Of a stretch of DNA of 64,000 nucleotides, positions 9,774 to 18,541 are shown in pieces. Origin of the DNA: Arcobacteraceae bacterium (GTDB taxonomy: Bacteria > Campylobacterota > Campylobacteria > Campylobacterales > Arcobacteraceae); assembly GCA_963662945.1 (NCBI GenBank), contig OY759974.1, positions 288,001 to 352,000 of the forward strand, given 5' to 3'. The stretch's first letter is position 1; each line of letters begins with the position of its first letter. Made by a program: the position numbers and the translations under genes. Under the pieces are notes generated by a model, which worked only from the letters and a program-made list of their open reading frames with translations, made no database searches and had not been told where the DNA came from.

Positions 9774-9887
9774 ATGATATTTAAGGGTAAAGATAACTTA
9801 GAGCTATTAAAAGTTCTAAAAGTAAAGAATTTGACACAAAAAAAGTTTATGGACTTTTTAAAAAAGTTTAATAAAAATAAACAATAA
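9774..9887 (+). CDS. 37-aa basic peptide
   Basis: MIFKGKDNLELLKVLKVKNLTQKKFMDFLKKFNKNKQ; AAGGA RBS; terminator directly after the stop. Confidence 0.55.
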   Translation: MIFKGKDNLELLKVLKVKNLTQKKFMDFLKKFNKNKQ

Positions 9888-9888
9888 T

Positions 9889-9924
9889 ATAACCTCTCTT
9901 TTTGAGAGGTTTTTTTTTGCCTAA
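9889..9924 (+). terminator. Intrinsic terminator, near-identical inverted copy of 4343-4377
   Basis: AACCTCTC-ttttt-GAGAGGTT followed by a T-tract and GCCTAA. Confidence 0.8.
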
Positions 9925-9954
9925 AATTTAATTGTTTTTTGATAAAATAAAGTT

Positions 9955-10545
9955 ATGACTAAACAAGAAACAACAAAAATTAATTCAATTATTCAAAATT
10001 TATTAGAAATTAGAAAAGACAGCTTTGTTCATCATATTCACCAAATTAATGATGTTAAGTTTCAAACTGAAATGAATATGTTACCTGAAGATCATCCCAT
10101 ACATCAACACCATAATGAAATTAATCAATTTTATAATGATTTAGGAATAGATCAAAATGAGATCAACAATATGACAGATGAAGAATTTGATGAAGCTTAT
10201 GATAGTCAATTTTATGAATATCAACATACATATTCTAATATTTGGGAAGAATTTCATTCAAGATTTGATAAAACACTTGTTGAATTAAATGCTCTTTTAG
10301 AGACTAATGATCAGTTGGATGAAGTATTAGAAATTGAAAAGAAAATGCAAGAAATAAAATCAAAAAAATTTATTACTACATCACAATTTGAATTACTTTA
10401 TGGATATGGTACTGATTGGCAAAAGAATAAAAGATCAAAAACAAAAGAATCTTTACCTTATATTCAAGAATATTCAGGTGCAACTATTAGATATGATGTT
10501 AAAGAAGTTGAAAATTGGTTTGATCAAATGGGTATTAGAAGGTAA
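9955..10545 (+). CDS. Protein with C-terminal excisionase/AlpA-like winged-helix domain
   Basis: C-terminal FITTSQFELLYG...LPYIQ...IRYDVKEVENWF resembles MerR/Xis-type HTH domains. Confidence 0.55.
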   Translation: MTKQETTKINSIIQNLLEIRKDSFVHHIHQINDVKFQTEMNMLPEDHPIHQHHNEINQFYNDLGIDQNEINNMTDEEFDEAYDSQFYEYQHTYSNIWEEFHSRFDKTLVELNALLETNDQLDEVLEIEKKMQEIKSKKFITTSQFELLYGYGTDWQKNKRSKTKESLPYIQEYSGATIRYDVKEVENWFDQMGIRR

Positions 10546-10638
10546 AATTAGGGTTACTGATTTATAACTACTGAACTACATAGATTTATTTTAATTTAGA
10601 TAGAATAGTAACTATTTATAAAAATAGGTATTATTAAA

Positions 10639-13335
10639 ATGAGTGAAGCAAAGACAAGAGCAGATTTAATTGATGTTGAATTAAATAAATGTGGTTGGAA
10701 TGTCAATGATAATTTAAAAGTAATTCAAGAATATGAGATTGAATTAGATGATACTCTACCATCATTTTTTGATAGAACTAAAAGATATGTAGATTATGCA
10801 CTTTTAAACAAAACAGGACAAATTATTGCTATTGTTGAAGCTAAAAGAGAGAGTAAGTCTGTAAGTAGTGCAAAAACACAAGCAGAATACTATGCAAGAA
10901 GAATTAAAAACTATCAAGGTTTTGCTCCATTTATCTATATAACAAATGGATTAGAAATAGAATTTTGGGATAGTGAAAATTATCCTATTAGAAAAGTTCT
11001 ATCTTACCACTCATTAGAAGATTTAGAAACTTATAGAAAAAGAAATGATAATAATATAATTTTATCTCCTGAACTTTTAAACAAAGATATTGCAGGTAGA
11101 GCTTATCAAATTGAAGCTATCACAAGAACAACAGAAAATCTAAATGAAAAAAATAGAGAAATCTTGTGGGTTATGGCAACAGGAACTGGGAAAACAAGGA
11201 CTATCATATCTCTTGTAGATATTCTTTTAAAAACAGGATTTGTAAAAAGAGTTTTATTTTTAGCAGATAGAAGAGAATTAGCAAGACAAGCTATGGATAA
11301 CTTCAAAGAACACCTACCAAACCAATCAAGACAAAGAATAGAAACAGAAACTTTTGAAAAAGACAAAAGATTATATGTATCTACTTATCAAACTATGATG
11401 TCATTACTTAAAAAAGTTGATATAAGTCAGGGGTTTTTTGATCTAATAATTGCAGATGAAAGTCATAGAAGTATTTATAACTATTATGGACAATTATTTT
11501 TAAAATTTGATAGTTTAAAAATAGGTTTAACTGCTACTCCTGTTGATTTTATTGATAGAGATACTTTTAAATTCTTTGGAACTGATAAAGGTAATCCAAC
11601 TTTTGCATATACTTATGAACAAGCTATAAAAGATAAATACCTTTGCCCTTATGAGGTTATGAATATTCAAACAAAGTTCCAAGAAAAAGGTATTAAATTT
11701 GATTTATTATCAAAAGAGGAACAAGAAAAACTAAAAAATAGTGGTTATGTTGAAGATGATATAGACTTTGAGGGAAGTAGTATAGAAAAAATGGTTATCA
11801 ATGATGATACAAATAGAAAAATACTTACTACTTTTATGGAAAATTGTTATAGACACCCTATTTCAAATCTTCCTGCTAAAACTATACTTTTTGCTGTTAG
11901 TAAAAAACATGCTTACAGATTAGAACAACTTTTTAATGAATTATATCCACAATATCACTCAAAAGTAGCAAAAGTAATAGTATCAGAGTTAAATAATACA
12001 GAGGAACTGATAAAAGAGTTTAGAGATGTTGATAGTGGTTTTAATATAGCTATTTCTGTTGATATGTTAGATACAGGTATAGATGTTCCAAGTATTATGA
12101 ATCTTGTATTTGCTAAACCTGTATTTAGTAGGGCTAAATTTTGGCAAATGATAGGAAGAGGTACAAGACTATACAATGAAGTATTTAATAAAGAAAAGTT
12201 TGTAATCTTTGATTTTTGGGGTAATTTTCAATACTTCAATGAAACCCCTGAGGGATTTGAACCAAAAGAACAAATATCTTTAAATAGAAAAATATTTAAT
12301 GAAAATATTCAACTGCTTAAAAGTTTAAAGGATGAAGAGTTTGAATATGTCAAAGAAGAGATAAAATCACAAATTGAAGCACTACCAAAAGATGATTATT
12401 TTATCAAATCAAAGGCTACCCTACTTTCAAATATCAATGAAGATTTTTACAATAATATAAAATCAAATATTCTATCACTTGGAAATATATCTGAATTAGT
12501 TGATAGAATTGAAGTCAAAGAACCACAAGAACTTCAATTTAGAGTTAAAGTTAAAAAACTTCAAAATGTAAAAATAAAAAAAGATACTAAACTTATTGAA
12601 AAGTATATCAATAGTATTTTGATAGATATTGAAAAAGTTAGAGTAAATAAAACCCTATCAATAGTAAAAAAACATATAGAACTACTTAATAAGTGTTCAG
12701 ATGGAAAATATTGGGCTAATATTGATTTTAATACTACAAATGAAATAACAGATATTTTAGCACCACTTATGAAATACAAATCAAAAAATGATATTCAAGT
12801 AGCTCATTTTGATTTAGAAGATAGTATATCTTCTATTACAGATATTGAGATAAACCACCCATCTGTAAATATACAAGAGTATGAAGATAATATTTTAAAA
12901 ACTCTTCAATCTATTATAAATCAATCTCAAACTTTGCAAAAATTGTTTATAGGTGCTCCACTAAATGATGAAGATATAGAAAGTTTAAAAAATGATTTAT
13001 TAGAGCAAGGATTAGATAGTGAAAAACTATGTAAAATCTTTGATTGTAAATCAAATGATATGATTGAGATACTTTCAAACATAATTAATAAAAAAGAGTA
13101 TAAACTACCATTCTTACTTGATAAGTTTATAGAAACACATACACTAAACTCAAATCAAATAGAATTTATCAAAGCAATCAAACATTATGTTTTAGAGAAA
13201 AAAGATATTGAAAGAAAAGATTTAATGGAAAATCCATTTACCAAGTTTCATAAAATGGGAATAATGGGTATGTTTAAAGGTAGTCAAATGAATGAGTTAG
13301 TTGAGATAATAGATAATAAGGATGTAGCTGTATGA
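10639..13335 (+). CDS. hsdR: Type I restriction enzyme R subunit
   Basis: DY...VEAK nuclease motif, MATGTGKT, DESHR, QMIGRGTR. Confidence 0.95.
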   Translation: MSEAKTRADLIDVELNKCGWNVNDNLKVIQEYEIELDDTLPSFFDRTKRYVDYALLNKTGQIIAIVEAKRESKSVSSAKTQAEYYARRIKNYQGFAPFIYITNGLEIEFWDSENYPIRKVLSYHSLEDLETYRKRNDNNIILSPELLNKDIAGRAYQIEAITRTTENLNEKNREILWVMATGTGKTRTIISLVDILLKTGFVKRVLFLADRRELARQAMDNFKEHLPNQSRQRIETETFEKDKRLYVSTYQTMMSLLKKVDISQGFFDLIIADESHRSIYNYYGQLFLKFDSLKIGLTATPVDFIDRDTFKFFGTDKGNPTFAYTYEQAIKDKYLCPYEVMNIQTKFQEKGIKFDLLSKEEQEKLKNSGYVEDDIDFEGSSIEKMVINDDTNRKILTTFMENCYRHPISNLPAKTILFAVSKKHAYRLEQLFNELYPQYHSKVAKVIVSELNNTEELIKEFRDVDSGFNIAISVDMLDTGIDVPSIMNLVFAKPVFSRAKFWQMIGRGTRLYNEVFNKEKFVIFDFWGNFQYFNETPEGFEPKEQISLNRKIFNENIQLLKSLKDEEFEYVKEEIKSQIEALPKDDYFIKSKATLLSNINEDFYNNIKSNILSLGNISELVDRIEVKEPQELQFRVKVKKLQNVKIKKDTKLIEKYINSILIDIEKVRVNKTLSIVKKHIELLNKCSDGKYWANIDFNTTNEITDILAPLMKYKSKNDIQVAHFDLEDSISSITDIEINHPSVNIQEYEDNILKTLQSIINQSQTLQKLFIGAPLNDEDIESLKNDLLEQGLDSEKLCKIFDCKSNDMIEILSNIINKKEYKLPFLLDKFIETHTLNSNQIEFIKAIKHYVLEKKDIERKDLMENPFTKFHKMGIMGMFKGSQMNELVEIIDNKDVAV

Positions 13336-14504
13336 TAAATAATCTTCCAAGTGGTTGGAAAGAAGAAAAAATTGGTAATATAATAAATTTAACAATTGGT
13401 AAAACTCCATCAAGAAAAAAGACTGAATATTTCACTGGTGATAATTTATGGGTATCAATTGCAGATATAAAATCAATCAATTTAACTGATACAAAAGAAA
13501 AAATTACAGAACAAGCAATCAAAGAAAGTAATATCAAAAAAGTTAAAGCAGGAACTCTTATTATGAGTTATAAATTATCAATTGGTAAAATGGCTTTTGC
13601 TTCACAAGATTTATACACAAATGAAGCAATAGCAGCTTTAAATATTGAAATTGAAGATTTAGATAAAAAGTTTTTATACTACTACTTATTAAATGCAGAT
13701 TTAGAAAAGACAACAGATAGAGCAGTAAAAGGTAAAACATTAAATAAAGCAAAAATTGAACAAATTCCTATTCAATTTCCACCACTTCAACAACAAGAAA
13801 AAATAGTAAAAGTTCTTGATACTACTTCAAATCTAATAGAAAAACAAAAAGAGCTTTTGAAAAATTATGATTTATTTTTAAAATCAAAGTTTATAGAGAT
13901 GTTTGGAGATCCAATTAAGAATCCTATGGGGTGGAAAACTAATCAAATAAAAAATGGTGTAAAGAAAGTTAAAAATGACAACCCATTAAAACAACCACAA
14001 AAAACATATATTTACATTGATATAGGTTCTTTAAATAATAAATATATTGAAAATTATAATTATATTTTAGGAGAAGATGCACCAAGTAGAGCAAAACAAA
14101 TAACATTTTTTAATGATATACTTGTATCTACTGTAAGACCAAACCTAAATAATGTGGCAATGGTAAAATCTACATATGAAACTATTTTATCTTCCACAGG
14201 TTTTTGTATTTTAAGAACAAATGAACAAATATTTAATCCATATTATTTATTTGAAGTAGTAAAACATCAAGGTTTTATACAAAGCTTGATAAATGTAGCA
14301 AAAGGTGCTTCATACCCTGCTGTAAGTAATAATGATATATTAGATTTAAAAATAACAGTTCCTCCAATAGAACTTCAAAATAAATTTGCTTCAATAGTTG
14401 AAAAAATAGAAACTATAAAAGAAAAAGAAAATCAAAAACTAAAACAGCTTGAAGATTTACATAATAGTTCAATGCAAAGAGCTTTTAAAGGGGAAATTGA
14501 ATAA
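13332..14504 (+). CDS. hsdS: Type I R-M specificity subunit
   Basis: Two TRDs with conserved PPLQQQEKIV and PPIELQNKF helices, and MFGDP. Confidence 0.95.
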   Translation: MINNLPSGWKEEKIGNIINLTIGKTPSRKKTEYFTGDNLWVSIADIKSINLTDTKEKITEQAIKESNIKKVKAGTLIMSYKLSIGKMAFASQDLYTNEAIAALNIEIEDLDKKFLYYYLLNADLEKTTDRAVKGKTLNKAKIEQIPIQFPPLQQQEKIVKVLDTTSNLIEKQKELLKNYDLFLKSKFIEMFGDPIKNPMGWKTNQIKNGVKKVKNDNPLKQPQKTYIYIDIGSLNNKYIENYNYILGEDAPSRAKQITFFNDILVSTVRPNLNNVAMVKSTYETILSSTGFCILRTNEQIFNPYYLFEVVKHQGFIQSLINVAKGASYPAVSNNDILDLKITVPPIELQNKFASIVEKIETIKEKENQKLKQLEDLHNSSMQRAFKGEIE

Positions 14505-15514
14505 TGGCTATTTTTAGATTTAAAAATGATAATTTTGACAAAATAGAACAAACAAAGTTTTCAACAGAGGGAATACTTGAAACAAAAAATATTCAAAAAG
14601 CTTTAAAGAAACAGATAGATATTATATCCTCAAATCTTTTAGTTATATCAGAAGAGTTTTCAGAATGGGATGATAGTAATAGAAGAATAGATTTACTTGC
14701 TATTGATAAAGAAGCAAATATTGTAGTTATAGAACTAAAAAGAACTGAAACAGGTGATCATATGGAACTACAAGCATTAAGATATGCTTCAATGGTTTCA
14801 ACATTGACATTGAAAAGAGCAGTTGAAATATTTGAAAAGTATTTAAAGTCAATTGATAGTGATTTAAACCCACAAGAAGAGATTTTATCATTTTTGGGTT
14901 GGAGTGAAGAAGAGAGTAAAGATGAGTTTGCTAATGATGTAAAAATTATACTTGTTTCAAGTAATTTCTCAAAAGAACTTACAACTTCTGTAATGTGGTT
15001 AAATGAAAGAAAAATAGATATCAAATGTTTTAGACTTATACCATACAAAATGGATAATGAAGTTTTAATTGATGTTCAACAAATAATCCCTTTACCTGAA
15101 GCAGAAAGTTATCAAATAAAAATAAGAGAACAAAAAGAAGAAAAAAGAGAAGCAAGAACTGGAATAAGAGATTATTCAAGATACTCTTTTAATGGTGAAA
15201 ATGGATTATCAAAAAGAGGTATTGTTTTAACTATTTGGAAACAATATTTAAAAGATAACCAAAATTTAACTATCTCTAAACTTCAAAATGATTTTCCAAG
15301 AGATATAAAAGGTAATTTATTTGTTTTAAAACAACAAGCATTAGAACAACAAGAAAGAGATAGTAATAATCTAACAAGATACTTCCTTGAAAATGAAGCA
15401 GTTGCAATTATTAATAACAGTGAATATGTAATCTCTAATCAATGGGGAAAAGGTAATATAGAAAAGTTTGTTAGTTATGCAAAAAAATTAGGTTATGAAA
15501 TAAATGAGGAATAA
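14504..15514 (+). CDS. NucS/EndoMS-like PD-(D/E)xK nuclease domain protein
   Basis: RIDLLAIDKEANIVVIELKR and QALRY motifs, plus an extra C-terminal domain (SNQWG). Confidence 0.7.
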   Translation: MAIFRFKNDNFDKIEQTKFSTEGILETKNIQKALKKQIDIISSNLLVISEEFSEWDDSNRRIDLLAIDKEANIVVIELKRTETGDHMELQALRYASMVSTLTLKRAVEIFEKYLKSIDSDLNPQEEILSFLGWSEEESKDEFANDVKIILVSSNFSKELTTSVMWLNERKIDIKCFRLIPYKMDNEVLIDVQQIIPLPEAESYQIKIREQKEEKREARTGIRDYSRYSFNGENGLSKRGIVLTIWKQYLKDNQNLTISKLQNDFPRDIKGNLFVLKQQALEQQERDSNNLTRYFLENEAVAIINNSEYVISNQWGKGNIEKFVSYAKKLGYEINEE

Positions 15515-15517
15515 TAA

Positions 15518-16990
15518 ATGTTTGTAAGAAGTGAAGTAAAAAGTAAAATAGATAGTATTTGGAATAAATTTTGGAGTGGTGGGATTGCTAATCCACTTGA
15601 TGCTATACAGCAAATAACAGCTTTAATATTTTTGAAGCTTTTAAATGAAAATGATAATAAAAGTATTCTTCAATCTTCATTTACAGGTGAAGAATATAAT
15701 TCTATTTTTGAAAATGATAAAATGGCTAAATGGGATAACTTTAAAGAGCTTGATAGTGTTAGTATGCTTGAAACTATAAGAGATATTGGATTTCCTTTTA
15801 TCAAAAAATACAATGAGGGAAGTGAGTTTAATAAATCATTAAAAGATATGGCTTTTATTATCACTAAACCATCTTTATTAAGTGAAACTGTTGAGGGTAT
15901 TGATCAGATATTTAATATCCTTGAAGAAGATGAAGAGGGATTTATGGATAGTCTTGGGGATATGTATGAATATCTTTTAAGTGAAATTAGTTCCAGTGGT
16001 AAAAATGGACAATTTAGAACACCAAGACATATTATTCAAATGATGACTGAACTAACAAATCCACAAATTGGAGAAAAAGTTTTTGATCCATCTTGTGGTA
16101 CAGCAGGATTTTTAGTAAGTGCTTATACTCATATGTTAAAGCCATATACTGATAAAGATGGAAAATTAGGGGCAAATCTAACAGATCAAAAACTATGGAA
16201 TAAACTATCAAATGAAACTTTCTATGGAAATGATAGTGATATAAGTATGATCAGAATATCTATGATGAATATGATGTTACATGATATAAGTAATCCACAT
16301 ATAAAACAAACAGATACACTTTCAAAAGGTTATAATGAAAAAGATATGTATCAAGTGGTTTTAGCCAATCCACCATTTAAAGGAAGTATTGATAAAGAAG
16401 ACCAAAATGAGAACTTCTCTATCACTTCAACAAAAACAGAACTTTTATTTTTAGACTTGATTGAAAGAGTATTAGATATTGGTGGTAGATGTGCAGTTAT
16501 TATCCCTGATGGTGTTTTATTTGGTAGTTCAAATGCTCATAAAACACTTAGAAAGAATCTATTAGAGAAGAATGAATTAAAAGCTGTTATATCTATGCCA
16601 AGTGGGGTATTTAAGCCTTATGCAGGGGTTTCTACTGCTGTTTTAGTTTTTGTAAAAGGTGGAACTACTGATAAAGTATGGTTCTATGATATGGAAGCTG
16701 ATGGATATAGCTTAGATGATAAAAGAAATAAAATTGAAAAAAATGATATACCTGAAATCATAGAGCAATATAATAAAAAAGATAGTGATAGTTATAAAGA
16801 AACTAAAAAACACTTCTTCATAGATATAAAAGATATAAAAGAAAATGATTATGATTTATCAATAAATAGATATAAAAATATTGAATATGAAGAGATTGAA
16901 TATCTGCCTACAAATGAAATTTTGGGGGAGATTGAAAATCTATCTAATGCTATAAATGATGATTTAAGTGAATTAAAAAATCTCTTATAG
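15518..16990 (+). CDS. hsdM: Type I R-M methyltransferase subunit
   Basis: GQFRTPRHI, DPSCGTAGFL, ANPPF. Confidence 0.95.
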   Translation: MFVRSEVKSKIDSIWNKFWSGGIANPLDAIQQITALIFLKLLNENDNKSILQSSFTGEEYNSIFENDKMAKWDNFKELDSVSMLETIRDIGFPFIKKYNEGSEFNKSLKDMAFIITKPSLLSETVEGIDQIFNILEEDEEGFMDSLGDMYEYLLSEISSSGKNGQFRTPRHIIQMMTELTNPQIGEKVFDPSCGTAGFLVSAYTHMLKPYTDKDGKLGANLTDQKLWNKLSNETFYGNDSDISMIRISMMNMMLHDISNPHIKQTDTLSKGYNEKDMYQVVLANPPFKGSIDKEDQNENFSITSTKTELLFLDLIERVLDIGGRCAVIIPDGVLFGSSNAHKTLRKNLLEKNELKAVISMPSGVFKPYAGVSTAVLVFVKGGTTDKVWFYDMEADGYSLDDKRNKIEKNDIPEIIEQYNKKDSDSYKETKKHFFIDIKDIKENDYDLSINRYKNIEYEEIEYLPTNEILGEIENLSNAINDDLSELKNLL

Positions 16991-17022
16991 AATCTATAAC
17001 CTTTTTATAGAATGGAAATAAA

Positions 17023-18294
17023 TTGAATAAAACCAGAGAACAATTATTAACTAAATTATATAGTATTTACATATTCATTATAAAAAAATTATCAAATGAT
17101 ATTATAAATACAATAGTGAGCTGTAATACATTAATTTACAATAAAATATATATTAGAGTATTTGAAATTTACAAAGATAATACTATTGAACAAAACAAAA
17201 AATTTACCAAGTATTTATATGAGTGTGTTTTGGGATTGAATCCATTGATTGATGAAGAGGATAAGGGAGAATTAGATTTATTAATAAAAGAAATAATATC
17301 AAGTGAATCAAAACTAATAGCTAAACATTATATATTAAGGGCATATTTTGATTATTATATATCTACTAATAGTGTTTTTAAAATAATAAGCAAAAAAAAT
17401 ATCAAAACTAATTTTAAAAAAGCTAAAAAATATGATTTAGATATAAAACTTTTAAGGAATAAAGATTACAAAGCTTTCAAAAAAGATATAAAATCAGAAT
17501 TGAAAGATATATCAAATAAGATAAAAATTATAAATAAAGAAAAAATAAAACTTGAAAAAGAAAAGACAATTAATCCTATTGAAATTAAAATATCAAATAT
17601 AATTGCTTTAATTTCAATTTTTTCTGCATTATCCCTAATTGGAGGCATAATTTATAATCAATTACTTTTTTACTTTTTAGGATTAAATGCAACAAACTTT
17701 TTTAATATATCAGATTATATCTCTTCAAGTGTTGATGTTCTATTTATTGTATTTATTTCTATGGCTATAGCAATACCTTTTTATTTTTTGAAAACTATTC
17801 ACCTTTTAGATGAACAAATCTTAGATGATCAACTTGGAACAAATATTCAAATTGAAAATAACAAAAAAGAATCAATTATTAAATGGTTTATGTATATTTT
17901 ATTAATTTTGGTAAATATTGCATTGTATATTAAAGATAAAGAGATTAATTTTGATTTTTTACTTGTCCTTATATATACTTCTATAATCTTTTCTTTACCA
18001 AAATTAGGTTTTATGAAGTATATTAAAAATTCATATCATTTTGCCTTGTCTATATTAATAATACTTAACTTTTTATTTCTAATAATTTCAAAAGCACATA
18101 ATGAAAAAGAAAATATTAAAACTGATAATTACAATAATAAATATAAAATTGTTTTAAAAGAAAAAAATAATAACAAATACTCATTTATTCAATCTAATTC
18201 AAACTATACTTTCTTATTTAATAAAAATGAAAATAAAGTTATAATCATACACAATAATGAGATTGAAAGAATAGAAGTCTTACTTAATGAATAA
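17023..18294 (+). CDS. Hypothetical multi-pass membrane protein (start uncertain)
   Basis: Soluble N-terminus, then about 5-6 hydrophobic segments. Confidence 0.65.
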   Translation: MNKTREQLLTKLYSIYIFIIKKLSNDIINTIVSCNTLIYNKIYIRVFEIYKDNTIEQNKKFTKYLYECVLGLNPLIDEEDKGELDLLIKEIISSESKLIAKHYILRAYFDYYISTNSVFKIISKKNIKTNFKKAKKYDLDIKLLRNKDYKAFKKDIKSELKDISNKIKIINKEKIKLEKEKTINPIEIKISNIIALISIFSALSLIGGIIYNQLLFYFLGLNATNFFNISDYISSSVDVLFIVFISMAIAIPFYFLKTIHLLDEQILDDQLGTNIQIENNKKESIIKWFMYILLILVNIALYIKDKEINFDFLLVLIYTSIIFSLPKLGFMKYIKNSYHFALSILIILNFLFLIISKAHNEKENIKTDNYNNKYKIVLKEKNNNKYSFIQSNSNYTFLFNKNENKVIIIHNNEIERIEVLLNE

Positions 18295-18359
18295 GAAAGT
18301 ATAGTTTAGATTTTAATACACTACAGATATTAAAAATAGGGTTAATTAGTGTCTATTAG

Positions 18360-18378
18360 GTACATAAAATAGTACATA
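18360..18378. repeat. GTACATA direct repeat, candidate integrase arm-type site near attR
   Basis: GTACATA-aaata-GTACATA, about 65 bp before the junction. Confidence 0.4.
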
Positions 18379-18442
18379 GTAGAGTTTATAAAATCACTAT
18401 AAACCCCTTAAATAATAGGCTTATAGCTATAAGTGGAACATA

Positions 18443-18541
18443 GTAATATCTTTTGCACCCCTACTTTTAGGGATGCCTATAGCTTGGTATTCACACCTTA
18501 TAGGTTTTGCTCTTGGGTGGGTTATGGGATACATTCTTTAA
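18443..18541 (+). pseudogene. Orphan 3' end of a rhomboid-family intramembrane protease gene (probable attR)
   Basis: Frame reads VISFAPLLLGMPIAWYSHLIGFALGWVMGYIL*, with a rhomboid-like (A/S)HLxG helix. In-frame stop upstream at 18416; its stop overlaps the convergent gene's stop. Confidence 0.7.

Larger units (their letters stand above)
1..18445. mobile_element. Integrative mobilisable/conjugative element, right part only; it continues beyond the left edge and no integrase or relaxase is in the window
   Basis: T4CP, RHH gene, oriT-like hairpins, excisionase-like gene and R-M cargo. No CG seen before 18657. Right end abuts a truncated chromosomal gene fragment. Confidence 0.8.

Noticed and set aside
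1-18445. Codon reassignment or tRNA-Arg avoidance as the cause of CG absence
   Set aside because: ORFs translate normally, and CG is also missing from intergenic DNA and codon junctions.
1-18445. Prophage interpretation of the element
   Set aside because: No capsid, terminase or tail genes; the T4CP points to conjugative mobilisation.
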